Shown here: piece by piece, positions 1 through 13,108 of the stretch
Layout of the letters: each line of letters begins with the position of its first letter
Position numbering within the stretch: the stretch's first letter is position 1
From: Bacteroidales bacterium
Lineage (GTDB): Bacteria; Bacteroidota; Bacteroidia; Bacteroidales; JAADGE01
Assembly (NCBI GenBank): GCA_029934515.1
Contig: JAOZMB010000004.1
Location: 1 to 60,249 of the forward strand
DNA: 60,249 nt
Reading direction: 5' to 3'
Made by a program: the position numbers and the translations under genes
Notes under the pieces: generated by a model
Database searches by the model: none
What the model was told of the DNA's origin: nothing
Seen by the model: only the letters and a program-made list of their open reading frames with translations

Positions 1-2
1 AA

Positions 3-75
3 GCGGGAGTAGCTCAGTTGGTAGAGCGGCAGCCTTCCAAGCTGCAGGTCGCGGGTTCGAGCCTCGTCTCCCGCT
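3..75 (+). tRNA. tRNA-Gly(TCC)
   Basis: Acceptor stem GCGGGAG/CTCCCGC, D-arm AGCTCAGTTGGTAGAGC, TCC anticodon in the CAGCC-TTCCAA-GCTG arm, GGTTCGA T-loop. Confidence 0.96.
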
Positions 76-88
76 CTTTATTTTCTCT

Positions 89-161
89 GCCGATGTAGCT
101 CAGGGGGTAGAGCGTTTCCTTGGTAAGGAAGAGGTCATGAGTTCAATTCTCATCATCGGCT
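89..161 (+). tRNA. tRNA-Thr(GGT)
   Basis: Acceptor GCCGATG/CATCGGC, anticodon arm TTCCT-TGGTA-AGGAA, GTTCAA T-loop; usual position upstream of tuf. Confidence 0.95.
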
Positions 162-212
162 CGTTATTAACGTAAAGAGTAAAAAATTAATAATTAAATA
201 ATTCAATAAATC

Positions 213-1400
213 ATGGCTAAAGAAAAATTTAAAAGAACCAAGCCTCACGTAAATATTGGAACTATTGGACATGTTGACCACGGTAAGACTACATTAACGG
301 CGGCAATTACCATGGTTTTGAATAAAAGTGGATTGGCTACCGTAACAGATTTTGATTCAATTGACAATGCTCCAGAAGAAAAAGAAAGGGGCATTACCAT
401 TAATACAGCACACGTTGAATACGAAACAGAAAATAGACATTATGCGCATGTTGATTGTCCTGGACACGCAGATTATGTAAAGAATATGGTCACAGGTGCA
501 GCTCAGATGGACGGAGCTATAATTGTTGTTGCTGGAACAGACGGTCCTATGCCACAAACGAGAGAACATATATTACTTGCACGTCAGGTGAATGTTCCTA
601 AATTGGTTGTTTTTATTAATAAAGTTGACATGGTCGATGACGAAGAGTTATTAGAGCTTGTTGATATGGAAATTCGTGAATTGCTTGATTTTTATGGATT
701 CGAAGGTGATGATGCTCCTGTTATTATGGGCTCAGCACTTGGTGCAATGCAAGGAGAACCAGAATGGGAAGAAAAAATAATAGAACTCATGGAAGCTGTT
801 GATACATGGATACCACTTCCAGTTCGTGATGTTGATAAAGACTTCTTAATGCCTGTAGAAGATATATTTTCAATAACAGGAAGAGGTACAGTTGCAACAG
901 GTAGAATTGAAACAGGTAAAATTCATACGGGAGACCCTGTACATATTATAGGACTCGGTTCAGAAAAAATAAAGTCTGTAGTAACAGGTGTTGAAATGTT
1001 TCGTAAAATCCTTGATGACGGACAGGCTGGTGATAATGTTGGTCTTTTGTTAAGAGGTGTTGATAAAGCCTCTATTAAAAGAGGAATGGTTATAGCAAAA
1101 CCTGGTTCTGTTACTCCTCATACTAAATTTAAAGCTGAAGTATATATTCTAAAAAAAGAAGAGGGTGGAAGACATACTCCTTTTCATAATAATTACCGAC
1201 CACAATTTTATTTGAGAACTCTTGATGTAACTGGTGAAATTCACTTAGAGAAAGGAAGAGAAATGATTATGCCTGGTGATAATGTTACTGTTCAGGTTAA
1301 TTTAATATATCCTGTTGCGATGACTACAGGTTTACGTTTTGCAATCAGAGAAGGCGGACGTACTGTTGGTGCAGGACAGGTAACAGAAATAGTTGAATAA
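213..1400 (+). CDS. tuf: Elongation factor Tu
   Basis: [10 protein letters not shown]-loop, DCPGH, NKVD, C-terminal [10 protein letters not shown]. Confidence 0.99.
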   Translation: MAKEKFKRTKPHVNIGTIGHVDHGKTTLTAAITMVLNKSGLATVTDFDSIDNAPEEKERGITINTAHVEYETENRHYAHVDCPGHADYVKNMVTGAAQMDGAIIVVAGTDGPMPQTREHILLARQVNVPKLVVFINKVDMVDDEELLELVDMEIRELLDFYGFEGDDAPVIMGSALGAMQGEPEWEEKIIELMEAVDTWIPLPVRDVDKDFLMPVEDIFSITGRGTVATGRIETGKIHTGDPVHIIGLGSEKIKSVVTGVEMFRKILDDGQAGDNVGLLLRGVDKASIKRGMVIAKPGSVTPHTKFKAEVYILKKEEGGRHTPFHNNYRPQFYLRTLDVTGEIHLEKGREMIMPGDNVTVQVNLIYPVAMTTGLRFAIREGGRTVGAGQVTEIVE

Positions 1401-1413
1401 AAAAAGATAAAAT

Positions 1414-1453
1414 AAAAAGTTCGGCGGTAAAAATTGTTATTGCCGAATTTTTT
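1414..1453 (+). terminator. Hairpin after tuf (terminator or processing site)
   Basis: AAAAGTTCGGC...GCCGAATTTTTT inverted repeat followed by a T run. Confidence 0.5.
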
Positions 1454-1463
1454 GTATTGTAAT

Positions 1464-1536
1464 ACGGATGTAGCTCAATTGGCAGAGCGACGGTCTCCAA
1501 AACCGTAGGTTGCGAGTTCGATTCTCTCCATCCGTG
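1464..1536 (+). tRNA. tRNA-Trp(CCA)
   Basis: Acceptor ACGGATG/CATCCGT, anticodon arm ACGGT-CTCCAAA-ACCGT, GTTCGA T-loop; conserved tuf-tRNA-Trp-secE order. Confidence 0.96.
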
Positions 1537-1550
1537 CAAAATTTGAATTG

Positions 1551-1742
1551 ATGAAAGTAAAAGCTTATATAAAAAAATCATATAACGAACTTGTAAATAA
1601 AGTTACGTGGCCCAGTTGGGCTGACTTGCAAAGTAGTGCAATTATTGTTATGATTGCATCATTTATTATAGCAATGATTGTTTATGTAATGGATGTATCA
1701 TTCAGTGCATTGATGACTTTTATTTATGAGCTTGCTGCTTAA
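1551..1742 (+). CDS. secE: Preprotein translocase subunit SecE
   Basis: ELVNKVTWPS motif plus one TM helix; ATG at 1551 preferred over TTG at 1548. Confidence 0.95.
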   Translation: MKVKAYIKKSYNELVNKVTWPSWADLQSSAIIVMIASFIIAMIVYVMDVSFSALMTFIYELAA

Positions 1743-1792
1743 ATTTAAGAATCCAATCCTATTATCTTTAATCAAATATTTGTATTTGAGTT

Positions 1793-2365
1793 ATGAGCCA
1801 AATTAAAAAAAAAGAGCCCAAAAAACAGATAAGTAAATGGTATGTAGTTAGGGCTGTAGGTGGCAAAGAAAAAAGAGCTAAAGAATACCTTGAGAATGAG
1901 ATAATTAGATTAAAAGTTAAAGATTATATTTCACAAGTATTGATTCCAACCGAAAAAGTTTACATAGTCCGTAAAGGGAAAAAAATTAGTAAAGAACGAA
2001 ATTTCTTCCCAGGATATATTCTTGTAGATGCAATACTTGTTGGTGAAATCCCGCATATAATAAAAAATGTACCTAATGTTATTGGTTTCCTTGGGGAAAC
2101 CAAAGGAGGTGTACCACTTCCTTTACGCAAAAGTGAAGTGAACAGAATATTAGGGCGCGTCGATGAGCTTGCCGAGAGCGAAGAATTTATTTCTATACCA
2201 TTCCATGTCGGAGAAAACATTAAAGTAAATGATGGACCTTTTAATGGATTTAATGGAGTCATAGAGGAAGTTAATGAAGAAAAGAAAAAATTAAAAGTTA
2301 TGGTTAAAATTTTTGGTAGAAAAACTCCTCTCGAATTAAGTTTTATGCAGGTAGAAAAAGAATAA
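1793..2365 (+). CDS. nusG: Transcription termination/antitermination factor NusG
   Basis: WYVV N-terminal motif, FPGYILV, KOW GPFNGFNG, IFGRKTPLEL. Confidence 0.98.
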   Translation: MSQIKKKEPKKQISKWYVVRAVGGKEKRAKEYLENEIIRLKVKDYISQVLIPTEKVYIVRKGKKISKERNFFPGYILVDAILVGEIPHIIKNVPNVIGFLGETKGGVPLPLRKSEVNRILGRVDELAESEEFISIPFHVGENIKVNDGPFNGFNGVIEEVNEEKKKLKVMVKIFGRKTPLELSFMQVEKE

Positions 2366-2450
2366 TAGCTGTTACGAAAATATATTAAGTGCTTCCAACA
2401 CATCGAGTATCATCTCGTAAATGATTTGTTCAAAATTAAAATGAATTAAG

Positions 2451-2888
2451 ATGGCTAAAGAAATAACGAAAGTTGTTAAATTGCAGATTAAAGGTGGAGC
2501 AGCAAATCCGTCTCCACCAGTTGGTCCAGCTCTTGGTGCTGCTGGAGTTAATATTATGGAATTCTGTAAACAATTTAATTCCAGAACACAAGAAAAAGCA
2601 GGAAAAATAATTCCAGTTGAGATAAAAGTTTACAAAGACAAGTCATTTGATTTTGTAACTAAGACCTCACCTGCTGCTGTTCAACTGCTTGAAGTAGCCA
2701 AGTTAAAGTCTGGTTCTCAGGAACCGAACAGAAAGAAAGTGGCTACTATAACTTGGGAACAGGTGAAAGGTATTGCTGAAGACAAAATGTCTGATTTGAA
2801 TGCGTTCACTGTTGAATCAGCAATGAAAATGATAGCGGGAACAGCAAGAAGTATGGGTATTGTTGTGAAAGGAGAATTTCCGTCTTAA
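2451..2888 (+). CDS. rplK: 50S ribosomal protein L11
   Basis: [25 protein letters not shown]. Confidence 0.99.
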   Translation: MAKEITKVVKLQIKGGAANPSPPVGPALGAAGVNIMEFCKQFNSRTQEKAGKIIPVEIKVYKDKSFDFVTKTSPAAVQLLEVAKLKSGSQEPNRKKVATITWEQVKGIAEDKMSDLNAFTVESAMKMIAGTARSMGIVVKGEFPS

Positions 2889-2909
2889 GAACTATTTAAT
2901 TCTATTAAA

Positions 2910-3605
2910 ATGGCAAGAATAAGTAAAAAAAGGAAAAAAATCCTTAATTTTATTGAAAAAGACAAACAGTATACCATAGAAGAAGCCGTAAATTTGGTTA
3001 AAAAAGTTACCACCACAAAATTTGATTCATCAGTGGATGTTGATATAAGACTTGGTGTTGACCCAAGGAAAGCAGACCAAATGGTAAGAGGTACAGTATC
3101 GTTACCAAACGGAACAGGAAAAGATATTAAAGTTTTGGTATTATGTACGCCAGATAAAATTGATGAGGCAAAAGAAGCTGGTGCTGATTATTTTGGACTC
3201 GAAGATTATGTCGAAAAAATTAAAGGAGGTTGGACTAACATTGATGTTGTTATTGCAACTCCTTCGGTTATGCGCTATGTAGGGCCTCTGGGAAGAATAC
3301 TCGGACCAAGAGGGTTGATGCCTAATCCAAAAGTAGGAACAGTTACGATGGATGTAGGTAAAACAGTTAAAGAAGTTAAACAGGGTAAAATAGATTTTAG
3401 AGTAGATAAATACGGAATTATTCACAGTTCTGTAGGAAAAGTATCTTTTGAACCCGACAAGATTATTGAAAATGCAACAGAATTTTTGCTGACAATAATT
3501 AAATTAAAACCAGCTTCAGCAAAAGGGACTTACCTAAAAAGTGTTTACATATCGAGTACGATGAGTCCAAGTGTCAAAATAGATGCAAAATCTATTTCAG
3601 TATAA
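2910..3605 (+). CDS. rplA: 50S ribosomal protein L1
   Basis: [31 protein letters not shown]. Confidence 0.99.
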   Translation: MARISKKRKKILNFIEKDKQYTIEEAVNLVKKVTTTKFDSSVDVDIRLGVDPRKADQMVRGTVSLPNGTGKDIKVLVLCTPDKIDEAKEAGADYFGLEDYVEKIKGGWTNIDVVIATPSVMRYVGPLGRILGPRGLMPNPKVGTVTMDVGKTVKEVKQGKIDFRVDKYGIIHSSVGKVSFEPDKIIENATEFLLTIIKLKPASAKGTYLKSVYISSTMSPSVKIDAKSISV

Positions 3606-3622
3606 TTTATTAAAAACTGATT

Positions 3623-4156
3623 ATGAAACGTGAAGAAAAAAATCAGGTAATTGATGGTTTGACAAAATATATAAATGACACAACACACTTATATATAACG
3701 GATACTTTGGGTTTAAATGCAGAAGATACAAGTTTACTAAGACGAATTTGTTTCAAAAAAAACGTTAAGTTGATTGTTGCTAAAAATACCTTTTTAAAGA
3801 AAGCAATAGAAAAATCAAATAAAGATTTATCACAACTTAATGATGCTCTTGCAGGACCGACTTCAATAATGTTGTCTGATGTTGGTAATATTCCAGCAAA
3901 ATTAATTAAAGATTTTAGAATAGGCGATAAGGAAAAACCTATTTTGAAAGCTGCTTTTGTTGAAAACGAATTCTATTTCGGAGATAATGAAATAGAAAAT
4001 TTAGTAGCTATAAAATCAAAAGAAGAACTTATTGCTGATGTTATTGGCTTGTTACAATCGCCTATTAACAATGTTGTTTCGGCGATACAGTCAGGTGGGT
4101 ATATACTGGCGGGTATCTTGGAAACTCTTGAAGAAAGAGATGGAGAAAATAATTAA
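3623..4156 (+). CDS. rplJ: 50S ribosomal protein L10
   Basis: VAKNT motif, [16 protein letters not shown], operon position. Confidence 0.97.
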   Translation: MKREEKNQVIDGLTKYINDTTHLYITDTLGLNAEDTSLLRRICFKKNVKLIVAKNTFLKKAIEKSNKDLSQLNDALAGPTSIMLSDVGNIPAKLIKDFRIGDKEKPILKAAFVENEFYFGDNEIENLVAIKSKEELIADVIGLLQSPINNVVSAIQSGGYILAGILETLEERDGENN

Positions 4157-4188
4157 TTAAATTGAAATTATCAAAAAAAGATATTAAG

Positions 4189-4557
4189 ATGGCAAACTTA
4201 AAAGAATTTGCAAAACAATTGGTAAATCTAACCGTAAAAGAAGTTAAAGAATTAGCTGACATTTTAAAAGATGAATACGGTATAGAACCAGCTGCGGCTC
4301 CAGTTGCTGTTGTAGCAGCAGGAGGAAGTGAAGAGAAAGAAGAACAAACTGAATTTGATGTTATTTTAGTTGCGGCAGGTGCTAAAAAATTAAGAGTAGT
4401 TAAAAAAGTTAAGGAATTAACAAGTATGGGGCTAAAAGATGCCAAAGCACTTGTTGACAGTGCGCCAGCAACTATAAAAGAAGGAGTATCAAAAGAAGAA
4501 GCAAACGCATTGAAAACTCAACTAGAAGGAGAAGGTGCCGAAGTTGAACTAAAATAA
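4189..4557 (+). CDS. rplL: 50S ribosomal protein L7/L12
   Basis: [27 protein letters not shown]; ATG at 4189 chosen. Confidence 0.98.
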   Translation: MANLKEFAKQLVNLTVKEVKELADILKDEYGIEPAAAPVAVVAAGGSEEKEEQTEFDVILVAAGAKKLRVVKKVKELTSMGLKDAKALVDSAPATIKEGVSKEEANALKTQLEGEGAEVELK

Positions 4558-4570
4558 ACATTTTTTTTAT

Positions 4571-4740
4571 TATACTAAAAGTGAAATAAGATTTTCGAAT
4601 TTTTAATAAGAAAAAAGTATGATAATAAAGAATTTTATATTATGATTTTTTGATAATATAACAACAATATAAAATATTATTATACATTAAGTTTTTAAAT
4701 TATTACATAAAATCCGAAAAAACTATTTCTTTTTAGTATA
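4571..4740. mobile_element. Possible ~170-bp MITE-like element with imperfect terminal inverted repeats
   Basis: Ends TATACTAAAAGTGAAATAAGATTTTCGAATTTT versus reverse complement TATACTAAAA-AGAAATAGTTTTTTCGGATTTT; AT-rich noncoding interior. Confidence 0.4.
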
Positions 4741-4749
4741 AATCATCAT

Positions 4750-4788
4750 GGTTTAGAGTTAAATAATTAATTCTAAACCTTTTATTTT
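4750..4788 (+). terminator. Intrinsic terminator/attenuator between rplL and rpoB
   Basis: GGTTTAGAGTT...AATTCTAAACC followed by TTTTATTTT. Confidence 0.55.
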
Positions 4789-4816
4789 AATTGATAAAAA
4801 CCTTAATCTATACCGG

Positions 4817-7800
4817 ATGTTATCAGAGAATAAAAAAATTAATTTCACCTCAACAAAAATAAAATTTGACTACCCAGACTTCTTGGGAATACAATTAGAA
4901 ACTTTCAAAGAATTTTTTCAAGCAAATACAACACCGGAAGAGAGAAAGAAAGAAAAACTATTCAAGGTTTTTAATGATAATTTTCCTATCACAGATACAC
5001 GTAATAATTTCGTATTAGAGTTTATTGATTACTTCTTCGACCCACCAAGGTATTCAATCGAAGAGTGTCTCGAAAGAGGTTTGTCGTTTAGTGTACCGTT
5101 CAGAGCAAAATTAAAATTATATTGTACAGACCCTGAACACGAAGATTTTGATACAGTTATTCAGGACGTTTATCTTGGAACAGTGCCTTACATGACACCA
5201 AGAGGAACATTCGTAATAAATGGTGCCGAGAGAGTAATAGTTTCACAACTTCACCGCTCACCCGGTGTGTTTTTTGGACACAGTATTCATCAAAACGGAA
5301 CTAAATTATACTCCGCAAGAATAATACCATTCAAAGGGTCGTGGATTGAGTTTGCTACTGACATTCATAATGTTATGTACGCATATATAGATAGAAAGAA
5401 AAAATTACCTGTAACAACTTTGTTAAGAGCAATTGGATTTGAAAGTGATAAAGAAATACTTGAAATTTTTAATCTTGCAGATGAAACAGAAGTCTCAAAA
5501 GCAATACTTACAAAGGCTATTGGTAGAAAACTTGCAGCAAGAGTTCTAAAATCATGGATAGAAGATTTTGTTGACGAAGACACAGGAGAGGTCGTCTCAA
5601 TTGAAAGAAATGAAGTTATTATTGACCGTGAAACTGTTATTGAAGCACATCATGTAAGCGAAATAATTGATTCTGGAGCAAAAACTGTCCTATTGCATAA
5701 AGAAGAACAAAATTTGATTGATTATGCAATAATTTACAGTACGCTACAAAAAGACCCTTGTAATTCAGAAAAAGAAGCTGTACTTCATATATATAGACAA
5801 CTGCGAAACGCAGAACCACCAGACGAATCTACGGCAAGAGAAGTTATTGATAATCTTTTCTTTTCGGATAAAAGATATGACCTAGGAGATGTAGGCAGAT
5901 ATAAAATAAATAAAAAACTTGAACTTGATATTTCGCCAGATATAAAAATTCTGACAATCAAAGATATTATAGAAATTATTAAATATCTAATTGAATTAAT
6001 AAATTCTAAAATTGATGTCGATGATATAGACCATCTTAGTAACAGAAGAGTAAGGACAGTCGGCGAACAATTATCAAATCAATTTGGAGTAGGACTGGCA
6101 AGGATGTCTAGAACAATAAGAGAACGAATGAATGTAAGAGATAATGAAGTATTTACACCGGTTGACCTAATAAATGCTAAAACATTATCATCTGTAATAA
6201 ATTCATTTTACGGTACAAACCAGTTGTCTCAATTTATGGACAGAACGAACCCACTCGCTGAGATGACACATAAAAGAAGAATGTCGGCACTCGGACCAGG
6301 AGGTTTGTCAAGAGAAAGAGCTGGTTTTGAAGTTCGTGATGTTCATTATACACATTATGGAAGGCTTTGTCCTATTGAAACACCTGAAGGGCCTAATATC
6401 GGTTTGATTTCTTCGCTTTGTGTTTTTGCTAAAATTAATGAACTCGGTTTTATTGAAACGCCTTACAGAAAAGTTGACGATGGAAAAGTAGATATATCAA
6501 ATGATGGAGTTATTTATTTAAGTGCAGAGGAGGAAGATAGAAAAGTAATAGCTCAGGCTGATGCAGAAGTTGATAAAGAAGGTAATTATATTGATGAAAA
6601 AATAAAATCCCGTTCTCTTGGAGATTTTCCTTTCATAGAAAACAAGATGGTAGATTACATGGATGTAGCACCAAATCAAATCGCTTCTATTGCTGCTTCG
6701 CTGATTCCATTCCTAGAACATGATGACGCAAACAGAGCATTGATGGGTTCTAATATGATGAGACAAGCCGTACCGCTGATTAATCCAGAAGCTCCAATTG
6801 TAGGAACAGGAATCGAACCAGAGATTGTTAGAGACTCGCGAACAATGATTACAGCAGAAGGTGAAGGTGTTGTAGAATTTGTTGATGCTGACGAGATTGT
6901 TATTAAATATTTACGTTCAGATGATGATAAATATGTAAGTTTTGACCCAGATACAATAAGATATAAAATTCCTAAATTTAAAAAGACAAACCAAAATACA
7001 TGTCTTAATCTTAATCCGATAGTTTCAAAAGGTGATAAAGTTACAAAAGGTCAGATACTTACAGAAGGCTTTGCAACACAAAACGGTGAACTGGCGCTTG
7101 GTAGAAATTTAAAAGTTGCATTTATGCCTTGGAAAGGATATAACTTTGAAGATGCAATTGTTATCTCAGAAAAAATTGTACGCGATGATGTTTTTACTTC
7201 AATTCATATCGAAGAACATACTCTTGAAGTTAGAGATACAAAACGAGGAATGGAAGAACTAACCCCAGATATACCAAATGTTAGTGAAGACGCAACTCGA
7301 AACCTTGACGAAAACGGAATAATAAGAATCGGAGCTCACGTAAAACCAGGTGATATAATTATTGGTAAAATAACTCCAAAAGGAGAATCAGACCCATCAC
7401 CAGAAGAAAAATTGTTAAGAGCAATATTTGGAGATAAAGCAGGAGATGTAAAAGACGCATCACTAAAAGCATCACCATCATTAAGAGGAATTGTTATTGA
7501 TAAAAATTTATTCTCGCGTTCTACAAAGAACAGGAAAATGAAAAATGCAGATAAACCATTACTGGAAAAAATTGATGACGAATTTAATAGAGAAATATTA
7601 CTACTAACAGATAGATTAATTGATAAACTTAATTCACTCATCAATGGGAAAACATCACAAGGAGTAAAAGATTATCTGAACGCAATAGTTGTACCAAAAG
7701 GAATAAAATATACATTAGAAATGTTGCAGGAAATAGACTATCTTGCTGTTAGACCAAAAAAATGGACAACAGATAAGAAGAAAAACCTGCTTATAAAAAG

Positions 7801-8623
7801 ATTATTACACAACTACAATATTAAATACAAAAAAATTGAGAGTGTAATTAGGCGAAAAAAATATAATATATCTATTGGCGATGAATTACCAATAGGAATT
7901 ATTCAACTCGCAAAAGTATATATAGCAAAGAAAAGAAAAGTAAAAGTAGGAGATAAAATGGCAGGACGACATGGAAACAAAGGAATCGTTGCCAGGATTG
8001 TTAAAGAAGAAGACATGCCTTTCCTAAAAGACGGAACTCCAGTTGATATTGTATTAAATCCGCTTGGTGTACCATCGCGTATGAATCTCGGTCAAATATA
8101 CGAAACAGTACTCGGATGGGCTGGTAAAGAACTCGGTATAAGCTTCTTTACTCCAATTTTTGATGGAGCATCATTAGAAGATATTAATAAATATACTGAT
8201 AAAGCAAAAGTCCCTAGATACGGTAAAACATATTTATATGACGGCGGAACAGGTGTAAGATTTAATCAACCTGCAACTGTTGGAATAATTTATATGCTTA
8301 AACTCGGACACATGGTCGACGATAAAATGCACGCAAGATCAATAGGACCTTATTCATTGATAACACAACAACCACTCGGAGGAAAAGCACAATTCGGGGG
8401 ACAACGTTTTGGTGAAATGGAAGTATGGGCACTTGAAGCATTTGGTGCAGCAAATATATTACAAGAAATGCTGACAATAAAATCAGACGACGTAATAGGA
8501 AGAGCAAAAGCATATGAAACAATAGTTAAAGGTCAAAATTTGCCAAAACCAGGAGTCCCAGAATCATTTAATGTTCTTTTACATGAACTCAGAGGACTCG
8601 GACTAAGTATTAATCTTGATTAA
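4817..8623 (+). CDS. rpoB: RNA polymerase beta subunit
   Basis: [36 protein letters not shown]. Confidence 0.99.
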   Translation: MLSENKKINFTSTKIKFDYPDFLGIQLETFKEFFQANTTPEERKKEKLFKVFNDNFPITDTRNNFVLEFIDYFFDPPRYSIEECLERGLSFSVPFRAKLKLYCTDPEHEDFDTVIQDVYLGTVPYMTPRGTFVINGAERVIVSQLHRSPGVFFGHSIHQNGTKLYSARIIPFKGSWIEFATDIHNVMYAYIDRKKKLPVTTLLRAIGFESDKEILEIFNLADETEVSKAILTKAIGRKLAARVLKSWIEDFVDEDTGEVVSIERNEVIIDRETVIEAHHVSEIIDSGAKTVLLHKEEQNLIDYAIIYSTLQKDPCNSEKEAVLHIYRQLRNAEPPDESTAREVIDNLFFSDKRYDLGDVGRYKINKKLELDISPDIKILTIKDIIEIIKYLIELINSKIDVDDIDHLSNRRVRTVGEQLSNQFGVGLARMSRTIRERMNVRDNEVFTPVDLINAKTLSSVINSFYGTNQLSQFMDRTNPLAEMTHKRRMSALGPGGLSRERAGFEVRDVHYTHYGRLCPIETPEGPNIGLISSLCVFAKINELGFIETPYRKVDDGKVDISNDGVIYLSAEEEDRKVIAQADAEVDKEGNYIDEKIKSRSLGDFPFIENKMVDYMDVAPNQIASIAASLIPFLEHDDANRALMGSNMMRQAVPLINPEAPIVGTGIEPEIVRDSRTMITAEGEGVVEFVDADEIVIKYLRSDDDKYVSFDPDTIRYKIPKFKKTNQNTCLNLNPIVSKGDKVTKGQILTEGFATQNGELALGRNLKVAFMPWKGYNFEDAIVISEKIVRDDVFTSIHIEEHTLEVRDTKRGMEELTPDIPNVSEDATRNLDENGIIRIGAHVKPGDIIIGKITPKGESDPSPEEKLLRAIFGDKAGDVKDASLKASPSLRGIVIDKNLFSRSTKNRKMKNADKPLLEKIDDEFNREILLLTDRLIDKLNSLINGKTSQGVKDYLNAIVVPKGIKYTLEMLQEIDYLAVRPKKWTTDKKKNLLIKRLLHNYNIKYKKIESVIRRKKYNISIGDELPIGIIQLAKVYIAKKRKVKVGDKMAGRHGNKGIVARIVKEEDMPFLKDGTPVDIVLNPLGVPSRMNLGQIYETVLGWAGKELGISFFTPIFDGASLEDINKYTDKAKVPRYGKTYLYDGGTGVRFNQPATVGIIYMLKLGHMVDDKMHARSIGPYSLITQQPLGGKAQFGGQRFGEMEVWALEAFGAANILQEMLTIKSDDVIGRAKAYETIVKGQNLPKPGVPESFNVLLHELRGLGLSINLD

Positions 8624-8871
8624 ATATATTAATTTGGAATTTAGAACTATTGATTAAGAATGACAGTGGAAATTACAATAAAAAATTATTATCTATATAT
8701 TTTATTTTTTTCAACTAAATGAAAATCAATAGTTTCAATGATTCTATAAATTTATTTATTTATTTATTTAAAAAAGTATAAGTAATTTTAGATATATAAA
8801 TAAATTTTAATTTTTGAATTATAATTTCTGAGTTCTAATTTTAAATTTCTAAATTTCTAACTTTAAATTAC

Positions 8872-11800
8872 ATGGCATTCAGAAGACAAAATAAAACCAA
8901 CAGTAATTTTTCTAGTATTACTATTAGTTTGGTTTCGCCAGAAGAAATATTAGAGCGTTCTAGTGGAGAAGTACTTAAACCTGAAACTATTAACTATCGT
9001 ACATATAAACCAGAAAGGGATGGATTGTTTTGTGAAAGGATTTTTGGACCAGTGAAAGATTACGAATGCCACTGCGGCAAATACAAAAGAATTAGATACA
9101 AAGGTATTGTTTGTGATAGATGCGGTGTTGAAGTTACAGAAAAAAAAGTAAGACGTGAACGAATTGGGCATATAGCATTGGTCGTTCCAGTTGTTCATAT
9201 ATGGTATTTTCGCTCATTGCCAAACAAATTAGGATACTTAATTGGATTACCTTCAAAAAAATTAGACTCCATTATTTATTATGAAAAATATGTAGTTATA
9301 CAACCAGGAATCAAAGAAAAAGATGGAGTTAACAGATTAGATTTTTTAAGCGAAGATGAATATCTTGACATTCTTGAAACATTACCAAAAGAAAACAGAT
9401 TATTAGAAGACACAGACCCAAATAAGTTTATTGCTAAAATGGGAGCTGATGCTTTGTTTTTTTTACTAAAAGCAATTAAGCTCGATGAATTAGCTGATGA
9501 TTTGAGAGTCAAAGCAACAACTGAGACATCACAACAAAGAAAAAATGAAGCATTGAAAAGACTTAATGTTGTCAGCGCTTTACAAACATCAAGGGATATA
9601 AATTTTCCAGAAAATATGATTCTGAAAGTTATTCCAGTTATCCCGCCTGAATTACGTCCACTTGTACCTCTTGATGGAGGAAGATTTGCAACATCAGACC
9701 TCAACGACCTGTACAGAAGAGTTATTATCAGGAACAACAGATTAAAAAGACTTATTGAAATAAAAGCACCTGAAGTAATTTTGCGGAACGAAAAAAGAAT
9801 GTGCCAGGAGTCGGTGGATTCTCTATTTGACAATTCGCGTAAATCAAGTGCCGTAAAAACAGATGCAAACAGACCACTTAAATCGTTGAGTGACAGTCTT
9901 AAAGGAAAATCTGGACGTTTTAGACAAAATCTACTCGGTAAACGTGTTGATTATTCGGCGCGTTCGGTTATTGTTGTCGGACCAGAACTACACTTGCACG
10001 AATGCGGATTACCAAAAGAAATAGCAGCAGAACTTTATAAACCTTTCGTTATAAGAAAATTAATAGAAAGAGGTATAGTTAAAACAGTAAAATCTGCTAA
10101 AAAAATTATTGACAGACGAGACCATGTTGTTTGGGATATTCTCGAAAATGTACTAAGAGGACACCCGATATTGCTAAACCGTGCGCCTACACTACATAGA
10201 CTTGGAATTCAAGCATTCCAACCAAAACTAATTGAAGGCAAAGCTATTCAACTTCACCCATTAGTATGTACAGCTTTTAATGCTGATTTCGATGGTGACC
10301 AAATGGCTATACATTTACCGCTTGGGAATGCCGCAATTCTGGAAGCTCAGTTTCTGATGCTTGCGTCTCATAATATATTAAATCCTGCAAATGGAGCTCC
10401 GATAACTGTGCCTTCGCAAGATATGGTTCTTGGATTATATTATATAACAAAATCAAGAAAAAATACAGCAACCGAAATTGTAAAAGGCGAAGGAATGTCT
10501 TTTTATTCTCCAGAAGAGGTTACTATAGCTTATAATGAACAGGTTGCAGATTTACATGCAATGATTAAAGTTATTATTGACGACAAAACAATTGAAACAA
10601 CTGTTGGAAGAGTTATTTTTAATCAACATGTGCCAAAAGAGGTTGGTTTTATTAATCAACTGCTTACAAAAAAAGCATTGCGAGGTATTATTGGCGATAT
10701 CTTAAAGAAAACAAATACGCCTACAACTGCTAATTTTTTAGATTCAATAAAAAGTCTTGGCTATAAAATGGCTTTCGAAGGTGGTTTATCATTTAATATT
10801 GATGATGTTATAATTCCTAAACTAAAAACAAAAATGATAGACGAAGGATATGAGCTGGTGGAAGAAGTTATGGATAATTTTAACATGGGAATTATAGCAA
10901 ATAATGAAAGATATAATCAAATTATTGATATATGGGCGCATACAAATGCTAGATTAACACAACAAGTAATGAACGAATTAAGCAGTGATAAACAAGGCTT
11001 TAACTCTGTTTATATGATGTTGGATTCTGGGGCGAGGGGGTCAAGAGAACAAATTAGACAGCTATCCGGAATGAGAGGGCTAATGGCAAAACCACAAAAA
11101 TCAGGTGCCAGCACAGGACAGATTATTGAAAATCCTATACTTGCGAACTTTAAGGAAGGTTTATCTGTACTTGAATATTTTGTTTCTACTCACGGTGCAA
11201 GAAAAGGACTTGCCGATACAGCTTTAAAAACAGCAGACGCTGGATATCTTACAAGAAGACTTGTTGACGTGGCTCAAGATGTTATTGTTTATGACAGCGA
11301 TTGCAAAACATTAAGGGGTTTAATAGCAACAACATTGACAAAAAAAGATGAAGTCGTTGAAACTCTGTACGATAGAATTTTGGGACGTACATCTGTTCAC
11401 GATATTTCTCACCCAAATGATGGACACATTATTGTAAAATCTGGTGACGAGATAACAGAAAAAATTGCTGCAGAAATCGAGGAATCGCCTATAGAAGAAG
11501 TTGAAATACGTTCGGCTTTGACATGTGAAAATCAATACGGTATTTGTATTAAATGTTACGGTAGGAATCTGGCGACAGGTAGAATGGTACAAAAAGGTGA
11601 AGCCGTTGGAGTAATTGCAGCACAGTCAATAGGTGAACCAGGGACACAACTTACACTGAGAACTTTCCACGTTGGTGGTGTAGCAGGAGGTTCAGCCGCA
11701 GAGAACAGCATAGTTTCAAAATACAATGGTATTGCAAGTTTTGAGGAACTTAGAACAATCGAATCAGAAATCGACGATGATATTGTAAATGTGGTAGTTA

Positions 11801-13080
11801 GTAGGATGACAGAATTTAAAATTTTTGATAAAAATACAAATATTTTACTTACTTCTTATTCGGTGCCTTATGGTGCAAAATTATACAAAAAAGATAAAGA
11901 AATTTTAAATAAAGGTGATATCGTTTGTGAATGGGATCCTTACAATGCAGTAATAATATCTGAATTTAGTGGGAAAATTTTGTTTAAAAATCTATTGGAA
12001 GGTGTTACATACAAAATAGAAAAAGACGAACAAACAAATTATATAGAAAAAGTTATTATTGAAACAAAAGATAAAACAAGAAACCCAGAAATTGCTATAA
12101 TTGGAGAAGATGATATTGAAATAGCTTCTTATAATCTTCCATCAGGAGCACACCTATCTGTATCAGAAGATAATATAATATCAAAAGGTACAATTATTGC
12201 TAAGTCGCCAAGAACAGCTGGCAAAACAGGTGATATAACAGGGGGACTACCAAGAGTAACAGAACTTTTTGAAGCAAGAAATCCTTCAAACCCAGCTACT
12301 GTTGCTGAAATAGATGGAATTATATCGTTCGGAAGAATAAAAAGAGGAAAAAAAGAAGTATTTGTTAAAGCTAAATCAGGAGAAGAAAAAAAATATCTTA
12401 TATCATTGGCTAAACAAATTTTGGTGCAAGATGGAGATTATGTAAAATCGGGAACTCCACTATCAGACGGCGCAATTACACCAGCTGATATACTCGCAAT
12501 AAAAGGACCTACGAAAGTTCAAGAATATATTGTGAACGAAGTACAAGAAGTTTATAGAATGCAGGGAGTAAAAATTAATGATAAACACTATGAAGTTATA
12601 GTGCGACAAATGATGAAAAAAGTTTATATCGAAGAACCAGGAGATACTATATTCCGTGAAAAACAGGTAATTGATAAATGGGATTTTAGACAAGAAAACG
12701 ATAATATTTATGGTAAAAAAGTTGTAATCGAAAAAGGTGATTCTGGAAAAGTAAAAGTAGGACAAATTATTTCATCAAGAAAATTCCGTGATATTAATTC
12801 TATGTTGAAACGTAAAAATCTAAAACTAATTATTGTAAGAGATGCAATTACGTCAACGGCAAGTCCTGTTTTACAAGGTATTACGAAAGCCGCACTGCAA
12901 ACAAAAAGCTTTATTTCGGCTGCTTCATTTCAGGAAACAACAAAAGTTCTTAACATGGCTGCAATAAGTGGAAAAGTTGATAATCTTCGCGGATTAAAAG
13001 AAAATGTAATTGTGGGACATAAAATACCAGCTGGAACAGGACTAAGAGAATTTAACAAAATAATTGTTGCGCCAAAATAA
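8872..13080 (+). CDS. rpoC: RNA polymerase beta' subunit
   Basis: Catalytic NADFDGD, N-terminal Zn finger CHCGKY...[12 protein letters not shown]. Confidence 0.99.
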   Translation: MAFRRQNKTNSNFSSITISLVSPEEILERSSGEVLKPETINYRTYKPERDGLFCERIFGPVKDYECHCGKYKRIRYKGIVCDRCGVEVTEKKVRRERIGHIALVVPVVHIWYFRSLPNKLGYLIGLPSKKLDSIIYYEKYVVIQPGIKEKDGVNRLDFLSEDEYLDILETLPKENRLLEDTDPNKFIAKMGADALFFLLKAIKLDELADDLRVKATTETSQQRKNEALKRLNVVSALQTSRDINFPENMILKVIPVIPPELRPLVPLDGGRFATSDLNDLYRRVIIRNNRLKRLIEIKAPEVILRNEKRMCQESVDSLFDNSRKSSAVKTDANRPLKSLSDSLKGKSGRFRQNLLGKRVDYSARSVIVVGPELHLHECGLPKEIAAELYKPFVIRKLIERGIVKTVKSAKKIIDRRDHVVWDILENVLRGHPILLNRAPTLHRLGIQAFQPKLIEGKAIQLHPLVCTAFNADFDGDQMAIHLPLGNAAILEAQFLMLASHNILNPANGAPITVPSQDMVLGLYYITKSRKNTATEIVKGEGMSFYSPEEVTIAYNEQVADLHAMIKVIIDDKTIETTVGRVIFNQHVPKEVGFINQLLTKKALRGIIGDILKKTNTPTTANFLDSIKSLGYKMAFEGGLSFNIDDVIIPKLKTKMIDEGYELVEEVMDNFNMGIIANNERYNQIIDIWAHTNARLTQQVMNELSSDKQGFNSVYMMLDSGARGSREQIRQLSGMRGLMAKPQKSGASTGQIIENPILANFKEGLSVLEYFVSTHGARKGLADTALKTADAGYLTRRLVDVAQDVIVYDSDCKTLRGLIATTLTKKDEVVETLYDRILGRTSVHDISHPNDGHIIVKSGDEITEKIAAEIEESPIEEVEIRSALTCENQYGICIKCYGRNLATGRMVQKGEAVGVIAAQSIGEPGTQLTLRTFHVGGVAGGSAAENSIVSKYNGIASFEELRTIESEIDDDIVNVVVSRMTEFKIFDKNTNILLTSYSVPYGAKLYKKDKEILNKGDIVCEWDPYNAVIISEFSGKILFKNLLEGVTYKIEKDEQTNYIEKVIIETKDKTRNPEIAIIGEDDIEIASYNLPSGAHLSVSEDNIISKGTIIAKSPRTAGKTGDITGGLPRVTELFEARNPSNPATVAEIDGIISFGRIKRGKKEVFVKAKSGEEKKYLISLAKQILVQDGDYVKSGTPLSDGAITPADILAIKGPTKVQEYIVNEVQEVYRMQGVKINDKHYEVIVRQMMKKVYIEEPGDTIFREKQVIDKWDFRQENDNIYGKKVVIEKGDSGKVKVGQIISSRKFRDINSMLKRKNLKLIIVRDAITSTASPVLQGITKAALQTKSFISAASFQETTKVLNMAAISGKVDNLRGLKENVIVGHKIPAGTGLREFNKIIVAPK

Positions 13081-13108
13081 GAATATAAAAACTAAAATAA
13101 ATTAAATA

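Noticed and set aside
8645-8734. 11-bp inverted repeat AACTATTGATT/AATCAATAGTT in the rpoB-rpoC spacer
   Set aside because: Too short and AT-rich to support a mobile element or RNA call.
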